Shown here piece by piece: positions 10,084 through 19,392 of a stretch of 64,000 bases of DNA. Every line of letters starts with the position of its first letter. Position 1 is the stretch's first letter. The stretch is taken from contig CAVVUS010000043.1 of the NCBI GenBank assembly GCA_963751345.1, positions 64,001 to 128,000 on the forward strand, in the 5' to 3' direction. Below the pieces are notes generated by a model. The model was given only the letters and a program-made list of their open reading frames with translations, was not told the DNA's origin and made no database searches. A program made the translations under genes and the position numbers. Source of the stretch: an uncultured Chloroflexia bacterium (GTDB taxonomy: Bacteria > Chloroflexota > Anaerolineae > B4-G1 > SLSP01).

Positions 10084-10899
10084 ATGGGAGCAAGTGTGAC
10101 AAATATAACGTGGGACAAGCTGACGACGTTGAAGTCTCTCCTGACAGACATGGAGAGCGTGCTGGTCGCCTACTCAGGCGGCGTGGACAGCTCCTTCCTG
10201 CTCAAAGTCGCCCGGGATGTCCTGGGAAGTCGAGCCCAAGGGGTGATAGCCGTATCGCCGCTGATGCCGGACTATGAGCTAAGCGAAGCCGAAGAGGTCG
10301 CCTGTGAGATCGATGTTCAGGTAGCCATCGTCGAAAAGGGAGAGCTCGAGGATCCCGAGTTCCTTGCCAACACTCCGGATCGATGCTACTTCTGCAAGGG
10401 CGCCATCTGCGAACGACTCAAGGGCTTCGCGCAGGAGCACGGCTATCGAGTCGTGGTCGATGGCACCAACGCGGATGACACCGGTGATTACCGGCCCGGA
10501 CAACGTGCGGCGCGCGAGTGTGGCATGCGAAGCCCATTGCAGGAGGCCGGCTTCACCAAGGTCGAGATTCGGACGCTGGCTCGCGAGATGGGCCTCCCCA
10601 ACTGGGACAAACCCTCCTCGGCCTGCTTGGCCTCACGTATCCCCTATGGTACCCCCATCACGCGGGCCGATCTGGCGAGGATCGGAGAGGCGGAGTTGGT
10701 ACTGAGAGGCCTTGGCCTGCGCCAGCTCCGGGTCCGTCATCACGGGAACGTCGCGCGCATCGAAGTGCCGGTCGAGGCGTTTGACACGATTCTGGCCAAC
10801 CGCCAAGAGATTGTGGACGCCCTAAAGGCGTTGGGCTATGCCTACGTCACCCTGGATCTCAAGGGGTTCCGCTCCGGCAGTATGAACGAGGTCATCTGA
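10084..10899 (+). CDS. larE: ATP-dependent sacrificial sulfur transferase LarE
   Basis: PP-loop 'AYSGGVDS', 'DRCYFCK', 'ACLASRIPYG', C-terminal 'GFRSGSMN'. Confidence 0.95.
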   Translation: MGASVTNITWDKLTTLKSLLTDMESVLVAYSGGVDSSFLLKVARDVLGSRAQGVIAVSPLMPDYELSEAEEVACEIDVQVAIVEKGELEDPEFLANTPDRCYFCKGAICERLKGFAQEHGYRVVVDGTNADDTGDYRPGQRAARECGMRSPLQEAGFTKVEIRTLAREMGLPNWDKPSSACLASRIPYGTPITRADLARIGEAELVLRGLGLRQLRVRHHGNVARIEVPVEAFDTILANRQEIVDALKALGYAYVTLDLKGFRSGSMNEVI

Positions 10900-10903
10900 T
10901 CTG

Positions 10904-11671
10904 ATGGATACCGAGAAACTACGCGAGCTTCTTCTTGACGTCCAACAGGGGGGCCTGGATGTCGACGCAGCGTTGTCACGGCTTCGCACGCTGCCCTATG
11001 ACGACGTGGGGAACTACGCTCGATTGGACATCCACCGGGCGTTGCGGAACGGCATGCCCGAGGTTGTCTTCTGTGAGAGCAAGACGCCGGCACAGGCCGT
11101 CGCGATCCTGGACCGGCTGTGGGCCCACCACGACCGCGTGCTGGGGACGCGAGTCTCGCCGGAGATGGCTCAGGTCATCCAGAGCCAGTTGCCCGACGTG
11201 CGATATGATCCGATCTCACGGCTCGTGACCCTGACGCGAACGGAGTTGCCGGCACCCGCGGCGGATGCCCCGTATGCGATGGTGATCTGCGGCGGCACGT
11301 CGGACCTCCCCGTCGCGGAAGAGGCCACCCAGGTCCTGAAGTTCCTCGGGCATCGCGTGGAGCACGCCTATGACGTCGGCGTCGCGGGGCTGCATCGCCT
11401 CCTGGGTGAGCTCGACCGCTTGATGGATGCCGCAGTCGTCATTGCCATCGCAGGCATGGAGGGCGCCCTCACCAGCGTGGTTGCCGGCCTGGTCTCGGCT
11501 CCCGTGATCGGCGTGCCCACGAGCGTCGGGTACGGCGCAAACTTCGGCGGCGTTGCTCCCCTACTGACGATGCTCAATTCCTGCGCCTCGGGCGTCTCCG
11601 TCGTCAACATCGACAACGGATATGGGGCCGCCGTCTTCGCCCACTTGATGCTGCGCCAGATCGAGGAGTAG
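10904..11671 (+). CDS. larB: nickel-pincer cofactor biosynthesis carboxylase/hydrolase LarB
   Basis: 'GTSDLPVAEE', 'DVGVAGLHRL', 'AGMEGAL', 'VPTSVGYG', 'NIDNGYG'. Confidence 0.95.
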   Translation: MDTEKLRELLLDVQQGGLDVDAALSRLRTLPYDDVGNYARLDIHRALRNGMPEVVFCESKTPAQAVAILDRLWAHHDRVLGTRVSPEMAQVIQSQLPDVRYDPISRLVTLTRTELPAPAADAPYAMVICGGTSDLPVAEEATQVLKFLGHRVEHAYDVGVAGLHRLLGELDRLMDAAVVIAIAGMEGALTSVVAGLVSAPVIGVPTSVGYGANFGGVAPLLTMLNSCASGVSVVNIDNGYGAAVFAHLMLRQIEE

Positions 11672-11677
11672 GCGTCA

Positions 11678-11718
11678 CATTCGTTCGCTCGCTGATTCAC
11701 TGACTCGCTCATCCGCTC
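11678..11718. repeat. degenerate short intergenic repeats (CATTCG/CTCGCT-like)
   Basis: cattcgttcgctcgctgattcactgactcgctcatccgctc between larB and larC. Confidence 0.35.
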
Positions 11719-11740
11719 TTTGCATAGGAGACACTGACCC

Positions 11741-13219
11741 ATGAGAATTGCCTACTTCGACTGCATCGCCGGTGCCAGTGGCGACATGATCCTTGGTGCA
11801 CTGGTGGATGCCGGTCTATCATTGGCGGAATTGCAGGCACGCCTCGGCGCTCTGCACCTCCGCGATTTCGAGCTGCGCGAGCGCCGCGTCACCAAGAACG
11901 CGTTCACCGCGACGAAAGTCGACGTCATCGTTGCGGATGACGTGCCTGAGCGCCACATCAAGGACATCATCGCTGTCGTCGAGCAAAGCGACCTCTCGGC
12001 TGAGATCAAGGAGAAGGCGGTCGAGATCTTCCGCAAGATCGGGGCGGCGGAGGCCGGCATCCACGGGACCTCCCTGGACGAGGTTCACCTTCATGAACTC
12101 GGCGGTGTCGATACGATCGTGGACGTCGTCGGCGCGTTGGTCGGGCTGGAAGCGTTGGGCATAGAGCGCGTCGTCGTCTCACCCGTGCCGCTCGGACGGG
12201 GCTTTATCCAGGGCGCCCATGGGCGCATTCCCCTCCCGGCACCGGCGACGGTCGCATTGCTCAAGGGCGTCCCCATCGTCGGCAGTCCCCTTGAGGTGGA
12301 GACCGTCACCCCCACAGGAGCTGCACTGCTGTCGTCGCTTGGAGACGCATTTGGTCCCGTCCCACCGATGACGTTGGAGGTCGTGGGATATGGCGCGGGC
12401 AACCGTGACATGGTCATCCCAAACATCCTGCGCCTCCTGATCGGCACGTCTGACGACAAGCCTGCAGCGCATCACGATCACGGACATGCCCACAGCCATG
12501 AGCATCCGCACACCCACGGTGGCGAACATCATCACGAACACCCGCCCGCCGACGCAGACGAGCCGGGTCATAGTCATCAACACGAGGCCGATCACGAGCA
12601 TCGTCACGATCACGCCGATGATCATGCATTGCCTCACGGCCATCACCACGATGACGAGATGTCACACAGACATCCGCACCCCCTCGCCGAACATACCCAC
12701 GCAGAGCCCACTCATACGCACTCCTGTCTCGACGTCGACCGGCTGAAGGTCCTCGAGACGAACATTGACGACCTGAACCCCGAGACCTATGAGTACGTGA
12801 TGGATGCTCTCTTTGCCGCGGGGGCGCTGGACGTTTTTCTTGCGCCCATTCAGATGAAGAAAAACCGGCCCGCCACGCTTCTGCGCGTCCTGTGCAAGCC
12901 CGGAGACGTCGAAGCGATGACATCCATCCTCTTTGCCGAGACGAGCACCCTCGGCATCCGGGAACAGACGGTGGAACGGCACGCGCTACCGCGCACGATC
13001 CGCCACGTCGACACGCCCTACGGGCCGGTCCACGTCAAGGTTGCCGACCTCGGTGGGGGTAAGGTAAAGAGCGCGCCGGAATACGAGGACTGCCGCAGGC
13101 TGGCTGCCTCACACGGCGTGCCGCTTCGCGAGGTCTATCAAGCCGCACAGGAAGCGGCGCATCGAGCGGAGGAGCCAGCGAGCGCAGGCGCCGAGGAGAG
13201 GGAAAGCGAAGCTTGTTAG
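11741..13219 (+). CDS. larC: nickel insertase LarC (single chain) with a long His-rich linker
   Basis: 'YFDCIAGASGDM', 'HLHELGGVDTIVD', 'TPTGAA', 'ETNIDD', 'MKKNRP', 'PEYEDC'. Confidence 0.95.
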   Translation: MRIAYFDCIAGASGDMILGALVDAGLSLAELQARLGALHLRDFELRERRVTKNAFTATKVDVIVADDVPERHIKDIIAVVEQSDLSAEIKEKAVEIFRKIGAAEAGIHGTSLDEVHLHELGGVDTIVDVVGALVGLEALGIERVVVSPVPLGRGFIQGAHGRIPLPAPATVALLKGVPIVGSPLEVETVTPTGAALLSSLGDAFGPVPPMTLEVVGYGAGNRDMVIPNILRLLIGTSDDKPAAHHDHGHAHSHEHPHTHGGEHHHEHPPADADEPGHSHQHEADHEHRHDHADDHALPHGHHHDDEMSHRHPHPLAEHTHAEPTHTHSCLDVDRLKVLETNIDDLNPETYEYVMDALFAAGALDVFLAPIQMKKNRPATLLRVLCKPGDVEAMTSILFAETSTLGIREQTVERHALPRTIRHVDTPYGPVHVKVADLGGGKVKSAPEYEDCRRLAASHGVPLREVYQAAQEAAHRAEEPASAGAEERESEAC

Positions 13220-14895
13220 GCCCCGGCCTTCCCCTCCGCACCCAGGCCCCGCAGCGCATCGTCGACCGTCAGCCAGCCGGCGCCCGGGAAGAGCTCGGCG
13301 ACCTGGGGGGCAAATAGGTCCGACCCACCCAGCACCTCTTGTGGCGCTCCCCGGGCCACGATTCGCCCCGCCGCCATCAAGAGCACGCGATCGGCGACAA
13401 GGGCCGCCAATTCCACGTCGTGGGTCACCAGCAGGATCGCCAGACGATCGGCGCGCCAGCCGCGGATAAGATCGGCCAGACGCGCCTTGGCCTCATAATC
13501 CAGTCCTCTTGTCGGTTCGTCCAGCAAAATCGCGCCGGGGTGAGTGACGGTGATTGCGGCGAGTGCGACCCGCTGGCGTTCGCCCACGCTGAGATCTCGC
13601 GGATAGGCTGCGGCCTTGTCCCCGAGGCCGAGCTTGGCCAACAGACGATCGGGGGCCAGGGCCAGGTCGGATGCGGTGAGACCGTGGTTGCGCAACGTCA
13701 CGTAGAGTTCTTCAAGCACAGTATCCGCGAAGAGTAAAGCGTTGGGGTCCTGGGGAAGATAGGCAACGTCCCGGCACACGTCGGCCACCGGCATGCCGGA
13801 GGTTTCACGCCCGGACACCCGTACCCGGCCCGACGTTGGGCGCACGAGACCGATCAGGCTCTTGAGCAGAGTGCTCTTCCCGCTGCCGTTCCGCCCCATC
13901 AGCACGGTGACAACGCCGGGACGCAGGGACAGGTCGACGTCAAACAACACCTGCTTCCCGTTGTAGCCCACCTGCAGCGACTCGGCTTCCACATATGCCT
14001 GCGCAGCGCCGGGCTCTGCCGTCTCCCTGCTCACCTGCCCTCCCGATCCGCCGCTCGCCATCACTGCCGGCTTCGTAGGCACGACCATCTCGCGGCTGAA
14101 GCGCCGCCCGGCCTCGACCGTCACCGGCAACGGAGACCATCCCAGGGCTTTGCCCAGCGCAGCAACCGGTGGCACCAGGTCGATCCGGTCGAGCACGGCC
14201 GCCGGCGTTCCCGCGATCACGGATTCCGCGCCTCCGGGCACGTAAACCATCCGGTCGGCGAACGCGAGCACCCGCTCCAGCCGGTGCTCTGCCAGCACGA
14301 TGGTCAGCCCCCTGGCGGCGTTAAGGCGTGCGAGCGCCTGCAGCACATCTTCCGCCGATTGGGGGTCGAGTTGCGAGGTGGGCTCATCCAGGACGAGGAT
14401 TTGCGGCTGCAGCGCCAATGCTGCAGCAATGGCCACACGCTGTTTCTCCCCTCCGGAGAGCGTCGCCAGAGGGCGCTCACGCAGAGGGAGCAGCCCCAGC
14501 AGGTTGAGAGCGTCGGAGACCCGCTCCCGCATCTCCTGCCGGTCCATCGCGGCGTTTTCGAGTGCAAAGGCGATCTCGTCCTCGACCCGGTCCATCACGA
14601 ACTGTGCCTCGGGGTCCTGGAAGACAAACCCGACGTGGCGACACATAATCTGCGGCCCGTCCGTCACAGGATTCCGACCGGCCACCGAGAGATGTCCTGA
14701 GAAGGTTCCCCCCGTGAAGTGTGGGACCAGTCCGTTCAAGCAGCGCAGCAAGGTGGATTTCCCGGCACCTGAAGGGCCGGCCACGACCGTGACGTCGCCC
14801 TCCCCAAAGGACAGTGTCACGTCGCTGAGCGCCGGGATCCCGGCCTCAGGGTATCGGAACGAGACACGTTCAAACGAGATGATCGGCGGCGCCAT
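13216..14895 (-). CDS. ECF transporter ATPase with two fused ABC domains
   Basis: Two Walker A motifs (GPSGAGKST, GRNGSGKST), 'LSGGEKQR'/'LSVGERQR', two 'LDEPT'. Confidence 0.93.
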   Translation of the reverse strand: MAPPIISFERVSFRYPEAGIPALSDVTLSFGEGDVTVVAGPSGAGKSTLLRCLNGLVPHFTGGTFSGHLSVAGRNPVTDGPQIMCRHVGFVFQDPEAQFVMDRVEDEIAFALENAAMDRQEMRERVSDALNLLGLLPLRERPLATLSGGEKQRVAIAAALALQPQILVLDEPTSQLDPQSAEDVLQALARLNAARGLTIVLAEHRLERVLAFADRMVYVPGGAESVIAGTPAAVLDRIDLVPPVAALGKALGWSPLPVTVEAGRRFSREMVVPTKPAVMASGGSGGQVSRETAEPGAAQAYVEAESLQVGYNGKQVLFDVDLSLRPGVVTVLMGRNGSGKSTLLKSLIGLVRPTSGRVRVSGRETSGMPVADVCRDVAYLPQDPNALLFADTVLEELYVTLRNHGLTASDLALAPDRLLAKLGLGDKAAAYPRDLSVGERQRVALAAITVTHPGAILLDEPTRGLDYEAKARLADLIRGWRADRLAILLVTHDVELAALVADRVLLMAAGRIVARGAPQEVLGGSDLFAPQVAELFPGAGWLTVDDALRGLGAEGKAGA

Positions 14896-16004
14896 TGGCT
14901 TGTGGTTGCACGAGCAGAGCAGGGACGAGTAGCCCGAGGAGGGCTATCCCCACGCGGATGTCAAACGCGGGCCAGGTGAGCAGGGGATAGGGTGTGTATT
15001 CGCGGGCATCCGGCCATAGCAGAAAGGAGCTTGCCGCCAACAGGCTCCCGGCTGCGACCAAGCTGTCGCGCCACGTCCAGGAGCGCTGGCGATAGCGAGT
15101 GTAGTGCACACCATGTCCGGATCGCCAGATGGCCAGAATCACCACGCCAACACCTGCCACGAGCATCAGAGATGACCATACAGCGCCGCCGGGCACAAGC
15201 CGGAGAACGCTGGCGGCGAGCACGCAGCTAAGGCCGACGGCCAACGCAATCTGGGCCTCATGATTCCGAAGAGCGACGAACACGGCCCGACCCCTGGAGC
15301 TCGTGGGCGATAGCGCTTCTTCCCCGGAACCTGCGGAAGGTTCAGGTCGAGGATAACGACGATCCCACCACCGCCGGCGAGGTCGTCGCAAAGCCTCGTG
15401 CCGTCATCGCCTCGGCCAACTGTAGCGCTCGTTCGAGGCCACCGATCAGGACCGGCATAAAGAGAGGCAGCCAGTCTCGCAATCCGCGCATCCGGTGTCC
15501 GCGAACCGCCTGCGCCTCGCGAACCTGTTGGAACTGCCGCAACGTATTGGGCACAAAGGTCACCGCGATGGCGGAGACCACGGCGGCAGGGTAAAACGCG
15601 CGGGGAAGATAACCGATGAGATCGCGCACCGGAACTGCGACACTCAGCACCGCAAAGGTAGCGTAGAGGGTGGCGAGCACCAGGCCATTGATCGCGCCAT
15701 AGGCCAGCGCCTCGACCGTGATCGCCCCTCCCAGCAGCGGAATGGCTCCCGGCAGACGCAGCAACACGGTCTCGCCGAAGTGACTGGTGAGCCCATTGAG
15801 AAGCGCCCCGGCGGCTACGGCAAAGACCGCAAAACGTACAGGCGAGATCGGCAGGAATCCCACGCTCTGCAGTTCGGGAGATCGAGCCCCCTCCGCGACG
15901 ACGTAAGCGATGACAAAGACCACCACGAGATAGAGAGGGTCACGCGTCAGTAGTGAGGCTACCGCCGAGGCCGCCAGCCATACAAACCAAGCGACGGGAT
16001 GCAT
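14870..16004 (-). CDS. ECF transporter transmembrane component EcfT (frameshift near 15385)
   Basis: 'EAQAVRG' and 'AEAMTARGF' X-R-X motifs; 3' part continues in ORF 14870-15391. Confidence 0.88.
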
Positions 16005-16025
16005 CAGGCCGTGACCTCTTGGGGC

Positions 16026-16919
16026 TCACATGCCTGCAGCGACGTCGCGACTCGACTCCTCGACACATCCGGCATCTCCCGAGTCGCTCCCCCTCACGTC
16101 GAAGGAGAATCGGTGGGCAAAGCGGTAGAGCGTTCTCAGCGTAGGCCTACCAAAGAGCAGGAGCATGCCTACGGTGCCAATGACCCGCGCCAGATCCCAC
16201 AGCAGCGACGTGGCGACGTAGAACGCCAGAAAGCGCCTCACACCATCAGCTATGCTGATGCCCACCTGCCAGTGCTGGTCGACCGGCCCCGAGGCAAAGG
16301 GCCAGAACCAGAGATTCATCAACGCGCCGAAGCCCAGACTCCAGACCCCGCCGTAGAACGCGAGAGACAGGATCTCCCACCGTGTGCCCTGTGCATGGAA
16401 GGCTCGGTTGAGATACCGGACCATAGGCGCCCCGAGGCCGATCCACCCGGCGACCAGCATCCGGTAGGGCAGCCACGGCCCAACCCCACCCGTGACCAGA
16501 GCGGAGACGAAGAGCGTGAGCGCGCCGAGGAGGTATCCGAAGCGAGCGCCATAGACGTACCCACCGAGGATGATCAAAAAGAAGATGGGGCTGAATCCGC
16601 CGGGGCCCGGCACCGCCGTCTCGATAAAACTCAGGACGGCGTTCAGCCCGACCAACACGCCCAGGAGCGCGATCCGCTTGGCATCGCTCCCGGATCCGCC
16701 TGTGGAAGACGCATCGCCCTGCGCTTCCAGCGTGAGAGCCACCAACGCCATGCCCCCGAGCAGCGCCAGAAATAGAGGGGAGTCGGCGGCGTGAGCGAGG
16801 CCCCCCGCACTGTCGAGTCGCTGCGCCTGAGGGAAAAAGGGGTACAGAAACGCCGCAATCCCGATGAGGGAAGCGAGGCCGTAGATCAGCCACCGCAGCA
16901 TGCGCCGCAGATCGGGCAT
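16026..16919 (-). CDS. ECF S-component, probably cobalamin-specific (CbrT-like)
   Basis: Hydrophobic; 'RIALLGVLVGL', 'GGYVYGARFG', 'GVGPWLP'; lies in a B12-riboswitch operon. Confidence 0.82.
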   Translation of the reverse strand: MPDLRRMLRWLIYGLASLIGIAAFLYPFFPQAQRLDSAGGLAHAADSPLFLALLGGMALVALTLEAQGDASSTGGSGSDAKRIALLGVLVGLNAVLSFIETAVPGPGGFSPIFFLIILGGYVYGARFGYLLGALTLFVSALVTGGVGPWLPYRMLVAGWIGLGAPMVRYLNRAFHAQGTRWEILSLAFYGGVWSLGFGALMNLWFWPFASGPVDQHWQVGISIADGVRRFLAFYVATSLLWDLARVIGTVGMLLLFGRPTLRTLYRFAHRFSFDVRGSDSGDAGCVEESSRDVAAGM

Positions 16920-16922
16920 CCT

Positions 16923-17831
16923 CTACTGCTCCTGGCGGCCTCCACGCCTCTGACGGCGCTGGAGGAGAAACGCCCCGCCGATCAGGGCGAGAATCGCCGC
17001 AAAGGCCGCGTAGGTTGAAGGACGTGTGCCTGTCGACGGTGATGCTCCTGCTGGCGTCGGGGTATTCGAGGCGGCAGGGGTCGGCGTAGCCGGGGGCTGT
17101 CCGGTAGCCGTTGGCCGGGGCGTAGCCGTGGCTGCCGGCGTAGAGGTAGCCGTCGGCGTTGACGATGGCTGGGCAGTCGCCTCCGCCACCTGCGGTGTGG
17201 TCGTCGCGGTCGCTGCCGGCTGTGTCGCCGTAGGCAGTGGCGTAGGCGTCGAAACCACGACCTCAGGCGTGATCGTAGCTGTCGGAGGTGGTGCAGGCTG
17301 CACTGTCGATGCCGGGGCGGCACTACAAATCGCCTCAAAGCTCATCACCGGCGGCAAAATAGAGCCGTCTCCCCACACCCACCCGTCGACGTCACCGTTA
17401 CCGAGCTGCCTTATGGCAGCCCCTATACCGGCGTAGGCCCAGGATCCATCCGCATTGCGGGCATAGTAGTTCCAATAGGCACAGGGCAAGCCCTTACACT
17501 GACACCAACAGTCGGAGGTTGGGCAGCCATCCCCATTGATGGAGCAGATCCTCGCTCCTACCGGCCCGGCGTCCGATGAAAACGAAAGGCCCGAGCGCTC
17601 TAGTAGCGCCAACCCCGATATCTGGGGGTCGCTAAAGCTTACACATCGTGTGACGACACGACCGTCACTCTGAACAATGACCAACCCGGCCTGATTCTCC
17701 CCTCCCTGGGCCAGGACCGGGGACCCCGTCAACAGGACGAACAGGAGAAGGGGCAGGGCGAACCGTACCCCTCTCCATAGCTGTCGAGGCCAAGCTTTCC
17801 GCTCTATGGCCGCAAGCTCGCGACTCACCAA
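16923..17831 (-). CDS. secreted surface protein: DUF4430/transcobalamin-beta-like domain, Pro/Thr linker, SPSTG-TM-basic tail
   Basis: Signal peptide; 'ICSING', 'YWNYY', 'YAGIGA', 'GDVDGWVW'; C-terminal anchor. Confidence 0.65.
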   Translation of the reverse strand: MVSRELAAIERKAWPRQLWRGVRFALPLLLFVLLTGSPVLAQGGENQAGLVIVQSDGRVVTRCVSFSDPQISGLALLERSGLSFSSDAGPVGARICSINGDGCPTSDCWCQCKGLPCAYWNYYARNADGSWAYAGIGAAIRQLGNGDVDGWVWGDGSILPPVMSFEAICSAAPASTVQPAPPPTATITPEVVVSTPTPLPTATQPAATATTTPQVAEATAQPSSTPTATSTPAATATPRPTATGQPPATPTPAASNTPTPAGASPSTGTRPSTYAAFAAILALIGGAFLLQRRQRRGGRQEQ

Positions 17832-17847
17832 TCGCCTGAACCTTCCT

Positions 17848-18978
17848 TCACTTGCGGCGGAGCAGCGCGCTTACGCCCACCATCACGAGGATCGCAGCCA
17901 TTAACACCCCGGTGCCGAAACTCACGTGCGCTCCGGAAGAGGGTAGAAGGGGGGAGACGCTTGAGGCCGGCTGAGCGGCGGTGGCCTGAACAGAACCTGA
18001 AGCTCCGACAACCGGCAGATTGGCAAGGGTCATCCCTTCGGCGGCCTCAACGGCCTGCGCTGTCGCCAGCATGTTGGGAAAGGGCACCGAAGCCTGCCAG
18101 AAATAGCCCCCGCTGTTCTGATCCCAGAGGGCCAACAACGCGCCCAGGGGATCAGTACCGCCGGACAGCCAGTTGCCTAGCGGCTCATTCAGAGCCAGAA
18201 GCGCCTGGAGCACGACTGCCGTCGAATTAGCGTCGCTATCCGTGCCGTAAGGAGATGGGTTCTGGTACGGGAACCCACCATCGTCATTCTGCATCCGGTG
18301 AAGGTATGGCAGAGCACCTGCCGCGGCGTCGGCTCGTCCCACCGCGACGAGCGCCTGCATGACCAGCGCGGTCGTGTTGGTATCTGCCGTGCCGGGTGCG
18401 GTACCACCAAAGAGCGCCCACGCGCCGTCATCCGTAAACTGAGACGTCATAGCCGTGATGGCGTTCTGCGGCACGGTCGCTCCGGCATTGTGCAAACTGA
18501 GTACCGCGTACGCATGCTTGAAGAGCGTGTCGCCGAACCACCCCGTGGTGGCATCCTGCGAGGACAACACGAGATTGACCAGATCCCGTCCACCGAAGGC
18601 ACGCGGATCTTGGCCGGTCGCAACGGCGACCAACAGGGTCTTGCTGAGATTCCCGACATCGGTGACCTGCCCCGTAGCGATCTGGGAAGCCAAGTAGTCC
18701 AGGGGGGATTGTCCCGTGCCGGTCACCCATGTCCCGACATCCTCACCACCCGCAACAGCAGCAAGCACGATCTCGGTGGTGGTACCAAAATCCGAACCGG
18801 CGGCAAAGCCCGACGAGAAACCCCCATCGGGCTCCTGGGCCTGCCGCAGCCAGGCCAGCGCGGCCTCGTTCTGCGCATACAGGGCAGCTCCAGGGGATAC
18901 ATTATCCGCTGCCATCACGGGGAACGTCAGGGACATCGCGAGCAGCGCCAAGAACGACAGAGTGAAAAGCTTCTTCAT
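17848..18978 (-). CDS. secreted prenyltransferase/squalene-oxidase-repeat (alpha/alpha barrel) protein with LPSSG sorting-like signal
   Basis: Signal peptide MKKLFTL...; QW-like repeats 'QEPDGGF', 'QNDDGGF', 'DTNTTA', 'DANSTA'; LPSSG-TM-RRK. Confidence 0.75.
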   Translation of the reverse strand: MKKLFTLSFLALLAMSLTFPVMAADNVSPGAALYAQNEAALAWLRQAQEPDGGFSSGFAAGSDFGTTTEIVLAAVAGGEDVGTWVTGTGQSPLDYLASQIATGQVTDVGNLSKTLLVAVATGQDPRAFGGRDLVNLVLSSQDATTGWFGDTLFKHAYAVLSLHNAGATVPQNAITAMTSQFTDDGAWALFGGTAPGTADTNTTALVMQALVAVGRADAAAGALPYLHRMQNDDGGFPYQNPSPYGTDSDANSTAVVLQALLALNEPLGNWLSGGTDPLGALLALWDQNSGGYFWQASVPFPNMLATAQAVEAAEGMTLANLPVVGASGSVQATAAQPASSVSPLLPSSGAHVSFGTGVLMAAILVMVGVSALLRRK

Positions 18979-19024
18979 GTGTGAAGTCCTCCGAACTGAG
19001 ATAGAACCCAGCCTACGCCAAGAC

Positions 19025-19058
19025 AACAAAAAACCTTCCCCCCAGGAAGAGGGAAGGT
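19025..19058 (-). terminator. riboswitch expression-platform terminator
   Basis: ACCTTCCC...GGGAAGGT stem followed by TTTTTTGTTG between aptamer and first ATG. Confidence 0.7.
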
Positions 19059-19079
19059 CCACCGACAAAACCTCTGTCG

Positions 19080-19240
19080 TGTGCCACCTCCTTTCCGCGA
19101 AGGGCAGCCAGCACAGGTCGAGGCGGAGTATCGGGCTTCTCTTTTGTAAAGAGATCACCGTTGCGGGACAGCGCCGGATTCTCACCGGACTTCCTCACTT
19201 CAAGCATCTGCCCTGGACACGGAATCCGTGATCCCTGGGC
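19080..19240 (-). promoter_or_regulatory. cobalamin riboswitch
   Basis: GAGGAAGTCCGGTGAGAATCCGGCGCTGTCCCGCAACGGT...AAGCCCGATACTCCGCC core and B12-box, upstream of ECF genes. Confidence 0.92.
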
Positions 19241-19288
19241 AGACACACCCCAACCGTTACGCTATTTGCTTGTCAACTTGACGTTGTC

Positions 19289-19316
19289 AGTATAACACGT
19301 GAGCAATGGAAATCAA
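19289..19316 (-). promoter_or_regulatory. sigma70-type promoter for the B12 operon
   Basis: TTGATT-16 bp-TATACT with extended -10 (TGt TATACT). Confidence 0.55.
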
Positions 19317-19392
19317 GCACGGGTGCATCGACACTGGACCCCACGCACGACACCATTAAGATGATGGGACAAATCCGAACACAGGAGGCTGC

